Positions 40,536 through 51,091 of a stretch of DNA of 64,000 bases are shown piece by piece. Each line of letters starts with the position of its first letter. The stretch's first letter is position 1. The notes beneath the pieces were generated by a model. It searched no databases. It worked only from the letters and a program-made list of their open reading frames with translations, and was not told the origin of the DNA. The stretch is from Treponemataceae bacterium. Lineage in GTDB: Bacteria > Spirochaetota > Spirochaetia > Treponematales > Rectinemataceae. Position numbers and translations under genes: made by a program. The DNA lies in NCBI GenBank assembly GCA_963667725.2, contig CAXXHO010000003.1:1376001-1440000 (forward strand). The letters are read 5' to 3'.

Positions 40536-41363
40536 TCAAATCCCTCGGGATTTGGAAGCCTGTGGTCTGGAAGCCTGAGGGAAAAACGACTCCAGGAAGG
40601 CCTTCCCTTCCGCGAGCCTGCCCAAATCGGTGCCGATATTGTATTCGAGCACGAGATTCAGGTTCCTTCCGGTTTCAGAGGCGGCTGACAGTATTTTTTT
40701 CCAGTCGATTTTACCGTCGCCCAGAGGGGCATGCCTGTCCTTGATTCCGTCGTTGTCATGCAGATGCAGGGCGTAGAGCCTGGCCCCCAGTGAAGGAAGC
40801 AGGGTTTCAATGTTCCAGCCGTTGATGAAGGCATGGCCAATATCGACGAGGCAACCGATATCGTCGGGAAGGTCGTCGAAAAAATCGATGAACTGCCGCT
40901 CGGTGAAGAGAGAGGTCGCGTTCGATCCGACATTCTCCACGAGAAGGAGCCGGCCATAGGCCGCATTGAACTCATGAAGTGCCTGCAGGTAGCGTCGAAG
41001 GCGCAGCCGGGCGGCTTCCTTTGAGAAATGGAGATCAGAGCACCATCCCGTATGGAGCACGACATGGCTGGCCTCCACCATCGAAGCGAAGATGATGGTC
41101 TGGCGATAGGAATCCAGGACGGCCTCGCGCAGAAAGGAGTTTTCATTGGTCAGGTTGACGTCCCATACTGGAACATGGACTGAATAGCTTGCCTTCTTGG
41201 TCTTGAGCATGGAAGCGAATTCCTCCATGCGCAGGTGGAAATCATTCCATCCGGCACCATCGAGCATAAGCTCGATGTGCTCGGCGCCATTCTCCAAGAG
41301 CTTATCAACATTATCTTCAATGCTGCCGCCTATGAGGCAGAGCTCCGAATACGATATTTTCAT
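40536..41363 (-). CDS. Sugar phosphate isomerase/epimerase (AP endonuclease 2 TIM barrel)
   Basis: SVHVP, VLHTG, LVENV, DIGHA, HLHDNDG..DRH and LVLEY; start 41363 or 41372. Confidence 0.85.
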   Translation of the reverse strand: MKISYSELCLIGGSIEDNVDKLLENGAEHIELMLDGAGWNDFHLRMEEFASMLKTKKASYSVHVPVWDVNLTNENSFLREAVLDSYRQTIIFASMVEASHVVLHTGWCSDLHFSKEAARLRLRRYLQALHEFNAAYGRLLLVENVGSNATSLFTERQFIDFFDDLPDDIGCLVDIGHAFINGWNIETLLPSLGARLYALHLHDNDGIKDRHAPLGDGKIDWKKILSAASETGRNLNLVLEYNIGTDLGRLAEGKAFLESFFPQASRPQASKSRGI

Positions 41364-41660
41364 CAGCGGCACTCCACTATTATCGTCATTGCCTGAGTTA
41401 ATCCAGACAATTTAAATCAACAAATATACAAAATTAAGTATTTAAATTACTAAATCTTTCAATATAAAATTTAACGCCTGATGATATACCCATAATACAA
41501 ATATTGTCAAATATCTTCGTGTTTTTTTGATTTTCAACATAATTTGATAATATTTTAATAATATTTTAATATTTTTTTAACAAATTAACGGATTTTACTT
41601 GCGCTATTCTAAAACCGCGTTTACGATATTTATTACGTTCAATCTATAAGCGGCAGGCAA

Positions 41661-42752
41661 ATGGACAAGAAATCGAATCCGACATTGAAGCAGGTTGCCG
41701 AGCTCTCGGGCTTTTCGCAGGCTTCGGTGTCCATGATCCTGAACAAGCGAAGTGATGTCTCCTTTTCCGAGGAAACCGTGCGCCTGGTACTGAATGCCGC
41801 GAAAAAACTTGGCTATGAAAAATCCGCCGGCGTCAGCCGGAAGAAGCGTCTTGCAGGCAAGAATATTATCGCCGTATTCTGCCCCAATATTTCCAATCCC
41901 TACTATTCGACCCTCGCCCAGGCGATCGAGCAGTCCGCCTGGGAGAAAGACTTTCAGGTAATGATAATCAATACCTATCGCTCCCCCGATGTCGAAGCCA
42001 AGAATCTTTCCATTCTCCAGGAGGCGGAAATCGCCGGCCTCATCTTCACCATGCCGCCGCAGGTTCCCCGCGCCCTGGAGAAGACGAACAGAAGCGTTCC
42101 TGCCGTCCTCATCATCGATAAAGGCTCGTCCATAAACCTGGACACGGTGGAAATGGACAATCACGGGGCTGGCGTTCTCATAGCCAGGCACCTCCTGGGA
42201 CTTGGACACAGGCATATCGCCTACGTTTCCACGACCCTCGACGACGCCAACAGCATGCGCCTCCGCCGCCTTAGAGGCCTGGAGGAGACATTCCGGGCCG
42301 AATGCCCCGGAGGAAGCGTTCTTGTCCGCGCGCGCGACGTGACGCCGGCCGAGGAACTGCAGGATCTCTTCATAGAACATCATGTCGGCTACGAACTCGC
42401 CAAGGAATGTTTGGCGGATAGGAAAATCACCGCCTTCGTGGCGGTGAACGATATGGTGGCTTATGGGGTCATCGACGCTATCGCGTCGGAGAATCTCAGG
42501 GTTCCCGATGACTACAGCGTCTGCGGTTTTGACAACATCTTCCCTTCCAGACTCTCTCCCATCTCCCTCACCACCGTGGACAGCTACATCATAGACAAGG
42601 GACACAACGCTTTTGCCATGCTGTACAGTCGGCTGAACGGTTCCAAGGCTGCATTGACGGGACCTGATGTCATAACCCGCGTGGAGTATCCGCCCAGGCT
42701 CATGGTCAGAGACTCCACCTCGCGGGCGAAAGACTCGCCCGAAGGACGCTAG
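41661..42752 (+). CDS. LacI-family transcriptional regulator
   Basis: PTLKQVAELSGFSQASVSMILN; RVPDDYSVCGFDN. Confidence 0.92.
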   Translation: MDKKSNPTLKQVAELSGFSQASVSMILNKRSDVSFSEETVRLVLNAAKKLGYEKSAGVSRKKRLAGKNIIAVFCPNISNPYYSTLAQAIEQSAWEKDFQVMIINTYRSPDVEAKNLSILQEAEIAGLIFTMPPQVPRALEKTNRSVPAVLIIDKGSSINLDTVEMDNHGAGVLIARHLLGLGHRHIAYVSTTLDDANSMRLRRLRGLEETFRAECPGGSVLVRARDVTPAEELQDLFIEHHVGYELAKECLADRKITAFVAVNDMVAYGVIDAIASENLRVPDDYSVCGFDNIFPSRLSPISLTTVDSYIIDKGHNAFAMLYSRLNGSKAALTGPDVITRVEYPPRLMVRDSTSRAKDSPEGR

Positions 42753-42753
42753 G

Positions 42754-43479
42754 ATGAGCAGGGTGTTCGCGCACAGGGGTTTGAGCGCTTCGTATCCAGA
42801 GAACACGATCCTCGCTTTCGGGAAAGCCATCGAAGCGGGCTGCGAAGGCATCGAACTGGATGTCCAGCTTTCGCGGGACGGCGAGCTCGTCATCATCCAC
42901 GACGAGACGATAGACAGGACAACAGACGGCAAGGGGAAGGTCAGGGATTTTTCTTTTGAGGAACTGCGGCGCTTCGACGCGAGCGGACGATTCGCGGGTA
43001 GCCATGGTTTCAACTCCATACCCGAACTTTCGGAATACTTCGATCTGGTGAAGGACCGGTCCATCATCACGAATATCGAGCTCAAGAACAGTGTATTCGC
43101 CTATCCCGGCATCGAGGAAAAACTTATCGCCATGGTCGGGAAATATGGGCTTGCCGACAGGGTGCTCTACTCGTCGTTCAACCACCAGTCCCTCCTGAAG
43201 TGCAGACAGATCGCGCCCCGCTGCGAAATCGCTTTCATCATCAGCTCCTGGCTGATTTCGGCTGGATCCTACTGCAGGCTGCATGGCGGCAACTACATCA
43301 ATCCGCGCTTCGGCTTTCTGACTAATGAGAATATGGAAGAACTGCTTGAAAACGGCATCAGGGCCATGGCCTGGACCGTGGACGAGCCCGCGGAAATGAA
43401 AAGGCTCGCCGGCATGGGGGTCGATTCCCTCATCACCAACGAGCCTCTGCTCGCTCTCGACGTTTTAGGCAGCCGCTAG
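42754..43479 (+). CDS. Glycerophosphodiester phosphodiesterase (UgpQ/GlpQ family)
   Basis: AHRG..YPENT, IELDVQLSRDG..IIHD, NIELK and AWTVD. Confidence 0.93.
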   Translation: MSRVFAHRGLSASYPENTILAFGKAIEAGCEGIELDVQLSRDGELVIIHDETIDRTTDGKGKVRDFSFEELRRFDASGRFAGSHGFNSIPELSEYFDLVKDRSIITNIELKNSVFAYPGIEEKLIAMVGKYGLADRVLYSSFNHQSLLKCRQIAPRCEIAFIISSWLISAGSYCRLHGGNYINPRFGFLTNENMEELLENGIRAMAWTVDEPAEMKRLAGMGVDSLITNEPLLALDVLGSR

Positions 43480-45215
43480 AGTTCGAGCGACTTGGTCGCT
43501 ATCCTGTCCAGGACTCTGGCGACGAAGACGTCGAGCGCCATGCCATTCTCCTGCCGCCCGTCCCTGAAACGCACCGAAACGGCTTTTTCGTCCATTTCCT
43601 TCTGTCCGACCACCAGCATATAGGGAATTTTCTGGTTCTGCGCGTCGCGGATTTTCGCGTTCATGCGCGAGTCGGAGAGGTCGGCGCGAGCCCGCATTCC
43701 GGCGGCCTTGAGATCGCCCACCAGCTTCTTGGCATAGTCGTCGAAGGCGGGAGCGACGGGGATTATCGTCACCTGCTCAGGGCAGAGCCATACGGGGAAG
43801 GCGCCCGCGGTGTGCTCGAGGTAGACGCCGAAGAAGCGCTCGATCGAACCCAAGAGGGCGCGGTGGACCATGTACGGCCGCTTGCGCTGTCCGTCGGCGT
43901 CGACGTAGGTCATGTCGAAGCGTTCGGGCTCGTTGAAGTCGAACTGTATGGTGGTCAGCTGCCATTCGCGACCGATGGCATCCTTCACTTTGAGGTCGAT
44001 CTTGGGTCCGTAGAAGGCGCCGCCGCCCTCGTCTATCTCGTAGGCGAGACCTTCCTTGTCCACGGCCTTGCGGAGGCTCTCGAGGGCTGCGCTCCACATC
44101 TCGGGGGCGCCGACGGAGTCCTCGGGATTAGATGGCTTGGTGGCCAGGTATGCTTTGATTTCCTTGAAGCCGAGGGTCTTGTGCATAAACAGGGAGAAGC
44201 GCAGGACTTCGGCGATCTCGTCCTGGATCTGATCCGGCGTGCAGATGATGTGGGCGTCGTCCTGGGTGAAGCCGCGCACGCGCATGAGCCCGTGCAGGGT
44301 GCCCGAGCGTTCGTAGCGGTAGACGGTGCCAAGCTCGGCCCAGCGCAGGGGTAGGTCCCGGTAGGAGTGGTTGTTCGTCTTGTAGATCATGATATGGAAG
44401 GGGCAGTTCATCGGCTTGAGATAGTAGTCATCCTCGTCGATCTTCATCGACGAGTACATGCCCGCCTTGTAGAAGCCGAGGTGTCCGGAAGTCTCCCAGA
44501 GCCAGCTCTTGCCGATATGAGGGGTGAATAGCACCTCGTAGCCGTTCTTGTAGTGCTCGTCGCGCCACCAGTTTTCGAGGGCGACACGGAAGCGTCCGCC
44601 CTTGGGATGCCAGTACACGAGACCTGGCCCCGCCTCTTCGTGCGTCGAGAAGAGATCCATATCCTTGCCGAGTTTGCGGTGGTCGCGCTTTTCGGCTTCC
44701 TCCAGCAACTTGAGGTGAGCCTCTAGATCGGCCTTGGAGGCGAAGCAGAAGGCGTAGACGCGGGTGAGCATCGGGCGCTTCTCGTCGCCGCGCCAGTAGG
44801 CTCCCGCGATGGTCTTGAGCTTGAAGCAATCGGGCCGGATAGAGCGGGTATTCTCCAGATGAGGTCCCCTGCAGAGATCCATGAAGCCATCCTGCTCGTA
44901 TATGGAAATGGTTCCGTCCTCCAGGTCCTCGATCAGCTCCAGCTTGAAAGGCTGGTCGGCGAAGAGCGCCCTCGCCTCTTCCTTGGAGACTTCCTTCCTG
45001 ACGAAAGCGTGTCCGCCGGAGATGATGCGTCTCATCTCCTTCTCGATCGAGGGAAGGTCTTCATTCGTTATTGGGGCAGGCAGGAGGAAATCGTAGTAGA
45101 ATCCCTCGTCGATCGCGGGTCCTATCCCGAACTTGGTGCCGGGAAAGAGATGCAGCACCGCCTCAGCCATAACATGGGCGGCCGAATGCCTCACCATGTT
45201 CACGTCGTTCACCAT
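43476..45215 (-). CDS. thrS: Threonine--tRNA ligase (short form lacking the TGS domain)
   Basis: RHSAAHVMA, DLCRGPH, RDHRKLG, KPMNCP, RVRGFTQDDAH and GAFYGPKID. Confidence 0.97.
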   Translation of the reverse strand: MVNDVNMVRHSAAHVMAEAVLHLFPGTKFGIGPAIDEGFYYDFLLPAPITNEDLPSIEKEMRRIISGGHAFVRKEVSKEEARALFADQPFKLELIEDLEDGTISIYEQDGFMDLCRGPHLENTRSIRPDCFKLKTIAGAYWRGDEKRPMLTRVYAFCFASKADLEAHLKLLEEAEKRDHRKLGKDMDLFSTHEEAGPGLVYWHPKGGRFRVALENWWRDEHYKNGYEVLFTPHIGKSWLWETSGHLGFYKAGMYSSMKIDEDDYYLKPMNCPFHIMIYKTNNHSYRDLPLRWAELGTVYRYERSGTLHGLMRVRGFTQDDAHIICTPDQIQDEIAEVLRFSLFMHKTLGFKEIKAYLATKPSNPEDSVGAPEMWSAALESLRKAVDKEGLAYEIDEGGGAFYGPKIDLKVKDAIGREWQLTTIQFDFNEPERFDMTYVDADGQRKRPYMVHRALLGSIERFFGVYLEHTAGAFPVWLCPEQVTIIPVAPAFDDYAKKLVGDLKAAGMRARADLSDSRMNAKIRDAQNQKIPYMLVVGQKEMDEKAVSVRFRDGRQENGMALDVFVARVLDRIATKSLEL

Positions 45216-45283
45216 AGCACAGCTCCTTTTTCGCTGCCTTGAAAGCCCTTGAGGGTTCAGGCGGCGAGTGTCAAATACGACGC

Positions 45284-45650
45284 GGCCCCCATCGCAATAC
45301 GCCCATACGGGAAGCCGCGCTTCTCGTAAGGACGAATCGCATGGGGGCCTATGGAACTCAAGACGCGCTTCACAGCCGTCCGACGTTAGGCTTCACGATG
45401 ATCCGCGGTGCCACCTTACTTCGGCTCCCCGCGACGGGGGCCGCTCTCGACGCCTTTGACGGAAGGCCGCCGGAACCGGATACTCGCCCCTCAAAGGGGA
45501 GGCTTTCACCGGAACTGCTACGGAGTGGTTTTCTTCGGCGCCGCGACGGGATCCTTCCACCCAGAGGTTCGCGGCTATTGTCGCGCGACGCTCGGGATCC
45601 CTCTCTCATGACGCTGAGCAAGCCGAATACTTGTCTCCATCATCGCATTT
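45284..45650 (-). ncRNA. T-box riboswitch, threonine specifier ACC, leader of thrS
   Basis: Stem I with GCGATGA/GTAGC GA-motif, AGAGAG and GGTGGAA boxes; specifier GAAA-ACC-ACTCC (45529-45527); stem II AGTA; CCGTCA; T-box GTAAGG-TGGCACC-GCGGATC (bulge 45413-45407) pairing with GATTCGTCCTTAC (45338-45326). Confidence 0.9.
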
Positions 45651-45787
45651 AGCTAAATATCCTACGGAGCGCAGCCGAATGTCAAGCATGACACCTGTGC
45701 ATCGTCGACCGGCCGGAGCCGCTTGCCTGCGGAAATGCCTCCGCTATTTCCAAACACCTTGTTTATAATTATATTCGTAGATATTTT

Positions 45788-46114
45788 ATGAACAGCATGA
45801 ATGGACAACTATCGAACGAAGGCCAAGAGGTATCCCAGGAGGAACGGATCGTCGAACCGAAAGAACCCGAAGAGTACAGGGTTCTTCTTTTAAACGACGA
45901 TTTCACGACCATGGAATTTGTCGTCTCCGTACTCATGACGATCTTTCACAAATCCCTGCAGGAAGCCAACAAGATCATGATCGACGTACACAGGAAAGGC
46001 AGGGGCATCGTCGGCGATTACTGCTATGACATCGCCGCCACAAAAATCAATCAGGTACACCTGCTCGCGAGGCAAATGGGCTTTCCGCTGCGATGTACCA
46101 TGGAGAAAGTATAA
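45788..46114 (+). CDS. clpS: ATP-dependent Clp protease adaptor ClpS
   Basis: YRVLLLNDDFTTMEFVV, VHRKGRG and FPLRCTME. Confidence 0.95.
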   Translation: MNSMNGQLSNEGQEVSQEERIVEPKEPEEYRVLLLNDDFTTMEFVVSVLMTIFHKSLQEANKIMIDVHRKGRGIVGDYCYDIAATKINQVHLLARQMGFPLRCTMEKV

Positions 46115-46117
46115 GGT

Positions 46118-48433
46118 ATGAAGGTAAGCCAGGAAGTCCAGGCCATTTTCAATGCGGCCTATAACGAAGCGAAACTCAGGAATCACGAATATCTCACGCC
46201 TGAGCACATACTCTACGCGGGTCTCTCCTTCGAGAAGGTCAGGCTTGTCATGGAAAACTGCGACGCCGACACAGACCAGCTCAAGCGCGGCATCGAAGCG
46301 TATTTCGAGCAGAAGGTTCCCGTGGTGCGCAGCCCCGCCGAACCCGTCCAGACCTCTTCCTTCCAGGCCGTCATAGAAAGGGCGGTAATGCAGTCCCAGG
46401 CTTCGGGCAAGGACGAAGTGGAGGTCTCAGACCTTATCGTCTCGCTCTACGACGAAGAAAGAACCTATGCGGGCTATTACATGCGCAAGCTCGGCATCAA
46501 ACGCCTGCAGCTACTCGAAGTGCTCTCCCATGGGATGGACGATTCCGACGATGGATACATTCTCGGCGGCATGGAGGATGGCGATGCCAAGCCTGAGCTC
46601 GAGGGCAAGGAAAAACGCGCGGGCAAGCCAGGTCCCCTCGAGCGTTTCGCGACCGACCTCACGGCGCAGGCGACGGCGGGCAAGCTCGAGCCCGTGATCG
46701 GCCGCGACGCGGAAATCGAGAGGACCATCCAGGTCCTCTGCAGGCGCCTCAAGAACAACCCCATCCACGTGGGCGACGCTGGCGTAGGCAAGACCGCCAT
46801 AACGGAAGGCCTAGCACAGCGCATCGTGGCGGGCAAGGTCCCTCCCCTTCTCAAGGACTATACGATTTACAGCCTCGACATGGGCGCCCTCCTCGCCGGT
46901 ACCAAGTTCCGCGGCGATTTCGAGGAGAGAGTCAAGAAAGTGGTCGATATCCTCCTCAAGAAGGAAAAGGCCATTCTCTTCATAGACGAAATACATACGA
47001 TCGTCGGCGCTGGAGCGGTGACGGGCGGATCCATGGACGCGTCCAACCTTCTCAAGCCGGCCCTCACCTCGGGCAAACTCCGCTGCATCGGTTCTACCAC
47101 CTATGACGAGTACAACAAGATATTCGAAAAGGACAGGGCTCTGTCGCGCCGTTTCCAGAAGATCGACATCGTCGAGCCCAGCCAGGCCGAAACGGTGGAA
47201 ATCCTTAAAGGTCTTCGTTCCAAGTACGAGGATTATCATAAGGTCCGCTATACCGACGAGGCCCTGGAGGCCTCGGTGAGGCTTTCCGCGCAGTTCATCA
47301 CCGAACGCAGGCTCCCCGACAAAGCCATCGACGTGATCGACGAAGCCGGAGCGAGCGCCAGGATCAAGGCCTTCAAGACCGGCGAGGAAACGGAAAATTT
47401 GGTCATCGATATTAAAGTGCCCGAAATCGAGACCGTCGTCGCCAAGATAGCGCGCATTCCCGAACGCTCCGTGACGTCTTCCGAGAAGGATAGGCTCGCC
47501 AGCCTGGAGACTTCCCTCAAGCGCGACGTATTCGGACAGGATCCGGCCATTGACGCTGTCGTCAAGGCAGTGAAGCGCAGTCGCGCCGGATTCAGGGCTC
47601 CCGACAAGCCCGTGGCGAACTTCCTCTTCGTCGGCCCCACGGGCGTGGGCAAGACCGAACTCGCCAGGCAGCTGGCCAAGCAGCTGGGCGTCGTCCTCCA
47701 CCGCTTCGACATGAGCGAATACCAGGAAAAGCATACGGTATCGCGCCTCATCGGCTCGCCCCCCGGCTATGTGGGCTACGAGGAAGGCGGCCTGCTCACC
47801 GACGCCGTGCGCAAGAGCCCTCATGCCGTCGTCCTCCTCGACGAGATCGAGAAAGCGCACTCCGACATCTACAATATCCTCCTTCAGATAATGGATTACG
47901 CCACCCTCACCGACAATCAGGGCAGGAAGGCCGACTTCAGGAACGTCATCCTCATCATGACGAGCAACGCGGGAGCGCGGGATGTCGGCAAGAACCTCAT
48001 CGGCTTTGGCGACCGCTCGGTCACGAACTCAGCCCTCGACGAAGCGGTGGAGCGCGCCTTCACGCCCGAATTCCGCAACAGGCTGGACGCCGTCGTCCAT
48101 TTCGGCAACCTGCCCATGGAGATTATCGAAAGGATAGTGATCAAGGCCCTGGACGATTTCAGGGCTCAGCTCGCGGAGAAGAAAGTGAAGCTCGTGACGA
48201 ACGAGACCGTAATCAAGCATCTGGCCGAAAAGGGCTATTCCAAGGAATTCGGGGCGCGTAACATTGGCCGCCTGATCGAAGACAAGATCAAATCCTTCTT
48301 TGTCGACGAAGTCCTCTTCGGAAGGCTCGAGCATGGCGGCACGGCGATAGCCGACGTTATCGGCGGGGAGATCAGCTTCTCCGTCGCGCCTCAACTCGAC
48401 GAGGCGCTGCAGCCGGTCGAAACGCATTCCTGA
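46118..48433 (+). CDS. clpA: ATP-dependent Clp protease ATP-binding subunit ClpA
   Basis: Two AAA modules ([16 protein letters not shown]), IGF ClpP-docking loop, no M-domain, next to clpS. Confidence 0.95.
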   Translation: MKVSQEVQAIFNAAYNEAKLRNHEYLTPEHILYAGLSFEKVRLVMENCDADTDQLKRGIEAYFEQKVPVVRSPAEPVQTSSFQAVIERAVMQSQASGKDEVEVSDLIVSLYDEERTYAGYYMRKLGIKRLQLLEVLSHGMDDSDDGYILGGMEDGDAKPELEGKEKRAGKPGPLERFATDLTAQATAGKLEPVIGRDAEIERTIQVLCRRLKNNPIHVGDAGVGKTAITEGLAQRIVAGKVPPLLKDYTIYSLDMGALLAGTKFRGDFEERVKKVVDILLKKEKAILFIDEIHTIVGAGAVTGGSMDASNLLKPALTSGKLRCIGSTTYDEYNKIFEKDRALSRRFQKIDIVEPSQAETVEILKGLRSKYEDYHKVRYTDEALEASVRLSAQFITERRLPDKAIDVIDEAGASARIKAFKTGEETENLVIDIKVPEIETVVAKIARIPERSVTSSEKDRLASLETSLKRDVFGQDPAIDAVVKAVKRSRAGFRAPDKPVANFLFVGPTGVGKTELARQLAKQLGVVLHRFDMSEYQEKHTVSRLIGSPPGYVGYEEGGLLTDAVRKSPHAVVLLDEIEKAHSDIYNILLQIMDYATLTDNQGRKADFRNVILIMTSNAGARDVGKNLIGFGDRSVTNSALDEAVERAFTPEFRNRLDAVVHFGNLPMEIIERIVIKALDDFRAQLAEKKVKLVTNETVIKHLAEKGYSKEFGARNIGRLIEDKIKSFFVDEVLFGRLEHGGTAIADVIGGEISFSVAPQLDEALQPVETHS

Positions 48434-48440
48434 AAGCGAG

Positions 48441-49223
48441 ATGATCCGTTTCCTGCGATCCGTACCTCATCTCGATGAAGGCTGCTCCTATTCGTTTCCT
48501 CCCGTGGACGGGTCTTCCCCCGAAGGCATCGTATGCGCGGGAGGCAACCTTTCGCCCGGAGTCCTTCTATCCTCCTACAGGCAGGGGATTTTTCCCTGGT
48601 ACGGCGAAGGCGACCCCATTCTTTGGTGGAGCCCCAATCCGCGCTTCGCGGTGCTTCCGGAGACCTTTCACCTTCCGGCAAGTTCAAGAAAACTGTTGAA
48701 ACACCATAATTTCAAGCTCAGCCTCGACAGGGAATTCGGCCAGGTGATTTCCCGCTGCGCCAGCGTTCAAAGGCCGGGCCAGGACGGCACATGGATTCTC
48801 CCGGAGATGAGGAATGCCTATGAAAAACTCCATGAACTGGGCTATGCCCACTCGGTGGAAGTCTGGCATGAAGGTTCTCTGGCGGGAGGTCTCTACGGCA
48901 TCAGCCTGGGCGGAGCCTTCTTCGGGGAATCCATGTTCAGCCTGGAAAGCGGGGCTTCGCGCGCGGGCTTTCTCTGTCTGGCGATGATGCTGTTCGAGCA
49001 GGGGTTCACGCTGATAGACAGCCAGGTCCATACGGAGTATGTCGCTGGCATGGGGGGCGTCGACCTGCCGCGCGGCGCTTATCTGCGGCGCCTCGAAGCA
49101 TCCCTGCCGCAAGGGGACAGAAAAGGCTCCTGGGAAGACGCCTTTCCGCTGTTCCCCGCCTCAAAAGCCCTGGCCGACATAGCCGGCGCCGATAAGATCG
49201 ACGCGAGCCGCGCGGAACCATAG
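48441..49223 (+). CDS. aat: Leucyl/phenylalanyl-tRNA--protein transferase
   Basis: YRQGIFPW, WWSPNPR, AHSVEVW and FFGESMFS. Confidence 0.95.
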   Translation: MIRFLRSVPHLDEGCSYSFPPVDGSSPEGIVCAGGNLSPGVLLSSYRQGIFPWYGEGDPILWWSPNPRFAVLPETFHLPASSRKLLKHHNFKLSLDREFGQVISRCASVQRPGQDGTWILPEMRNAYEKLHELGYAHSVEVWHEGSLAGGLYGISLGGAFFGESMFSLESGASRAGFLCLAMMLFEQGFTLIDSQVHTEYVAGMGGVDLPRGAYLRRLEASLPQGDRKGSWEDAFPLFPASKALADIAGADKIDASRAEP

Positions 49224-49276
49224 AATATTTTGCGGTTTTCCCGTACATTTAAGTCAATGACAGGACGTTCAGGACA

Positions 49277-51091
49277 ATGAAAATACTATTCGTGCAGCTG
49301 CCCGTGCAGGATCCCGACTGGAACGACGCGGCGGCCAACGTGCCGTTGGCCGCCGGCTATCTCACCGCCTACGCCGAATCCCAGGGGCTGCTTCAAAGAT
49401 CGGAATGGAGCATCCTCGACCAGGACATAACCAACTGCGCCTCCGATACAGCCATCATCGAAACCCTCGCGGCAGCGGAACCCGATGTCGTGGCCTTCAG
49501 TCTCTACGCATGGAACCTGGAGCGAAGCCTCTATATAGCCGGCAAGGCCAAGGACAGGCTTCCGAGAACCCGGTTCATCGCCGGCGGTCCCGAGGTGATC
49601 GACGGCATGCCCATCATGTCCAGGTCCCCCTTCAACGCCCTCGTTTCGGGCGAAGGCGAAATTCCCTTTTCGGAAATCCTGCGCGACATCAAACAGCACC
49701 GGCCTCTCTCCAAACTCTATAAAGCCGAGGGTCTGCTCGATTTGGCGACCCTTCCCAATCCCTACCTGGCGGGCACCCTGCCCATGGTCAAGGACAGTCC
49801 CGTCCATATAGAGACCATGCGCGGCTGCCCCTACCACTGCGCCTACTGTTTTTACGGGAAAAACTACCCCACTCTCAGGCGCTATCCGGACGAGCAGGCC
49901 ATATCCCTCATAAGAAAGGCCTCCCAGGTGGGATCCTCCGAACTGTACATAATGGATCCTTCTTTCCAGTTCGGCGCCGACCTGGAGACGAGGCTGGCCG
50001 CCTTCGCGGACGCGAACACCGCGGCGATCCCGATGCACACCGAGATGAGGCTGGATTCCGTGACTGAAAAGCTGGGCTCCCTCCTGAAATCGGCGGGCAT
50101 CGCATCCATCGAGGCAGGTCTCCAGAGCATCAACCCCAAGGCCCTCGAGGCCGTCAATCGCGGCATGGACAAGGACGGCTTCGTGCGCGGCGCCGAGATC
50201 CTCCAGAAACAGCACATCATCATAAAGACGGGACTCATCCTGGGCCTGCCCTTCGACGGCTACGAGCAGGTCATAGAAACCTTCGATTTCCTCGGCATGC
50301 ACGGTCTCGGCCAGGAGGCGGAACTCTACCCCCTCTCCTTCCTGCCGGGGACGGATGCGAGGGAGAGAGCCGACGAATGGCGCATGTCGCGCATGGAACT
50401 GCCCCCTTATTGGGTGACGAGCAATGACTGGATTTCCGGGGACGATATGATCGACGCGATAGCTTCCTTCGAGGAAAGTTTCGATGTCGAGTGGGCTTCT
50501 CCGCCCTCACCTCACTTTTCGGCCGAAAAGTCCGGATACAAGGCCTTCGTCGACACGAGAAAGCTGGAAAACATCGACTGGATGCGCCTGAATCCCACGA
50601 GGCTGGCCAATTCCGTGACCCTCCTGGCCGACGCCGACGACCCGGAAAGTCTTTCCAGGCTCGTCCGCGCCGCCAGGGATCTGCGGCGGGACAATCCCTA
50701 TACCCTGTACCAGATCATCCTCATGAGCGACACGAGAATACCCTCCGAACGCCTGGTGGAGCGCATCCAGGATGCCTTCATCTATCCGGACCATTATTAC
50801 GAACTATCGCATTTCTTCTCGCCCGATCCCCAGGAAGGCTACCAGACGAGGATGTTCTTCGCCACGAAGAATTTCGCCCTCGCCTACCGGGCCATAGAGG
50901 AAGCGCAGGACCTGGAGACGATGGTGATAATATCGGCCAAGGCCGGGTACAACGCCGAAAGGCTCTCCGAGCTCCTTCCCTATGTCATTTTCGACCGGGA
51001 GAGAATCCCCTTCGACAGACTCTACGAACTGCTTACGCTCTACGCGGACTTTCCCCACATGCTCATCGAGGCGCCCGAAGACCTGTTCTAG
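49277..51091 (+). CDS. B12-binding-domain radical SAM protein with an uncharacterised C-terminal domain
   Basis: PDVVAFSLYAWN..AGGPE cobalamin-binding-like domain; ETMRGCPYHCAYC. Confidence 0.88.
   Translation: MKILFVQLPVQDPDWNDAAANVPLAAGYLTAYAESQGLLQRSEWSILDQDITNCASDTAIIETLAAAEPDVVAFSLYAWNLERSLYIAGKAKDRLPRTRFIAGGPEVIDGMPIMSRSPFNALVSGEGEIPFSEILRDIKQHRPLSKLYKAEGLLDLATLPNPYLAGTLPMVKDSPVHIETMRGCPYHCAYCFYGKNYPTLRRYPDEQAISLIRKASQVGSSELYIMDPSFQFGADLETRLAAFADANTAAIPMHTEMRLDSVTEKLGSLLKSAGIASIEAGLQSINPKALEAVNRGMDKDGFVRGAEILQKQHIIIKTGLILGLPFDGYEQVIETFDFLGMHGLGQEAELYPLSFLPGTDARERADEWRMSRMELPPYWVTSNDWISGDDMIDAIASFEESFDVEWASPPSPHFSAEKSGYKAFVDTRKLENIDWMRLNPTRLANSVTLLADADDPESLSRLVRAARDLRRDNPYTLYQIILMSDTRIPSERLVERIQDAFIYPDHYYELSHFFSPDPQEGYQTRMFFATKNFALAYRAIEEAQDLETMVIISAKAGYNAERLSELLPYVIFDRERIPFDRLYELLTLYADFPHMLIEAPEDLF

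Noticed and set aside
45239..45652. Small ORFs in the thrS-clpS intergenic region
   Set aside because: The region is explained by the T-box RNA structure
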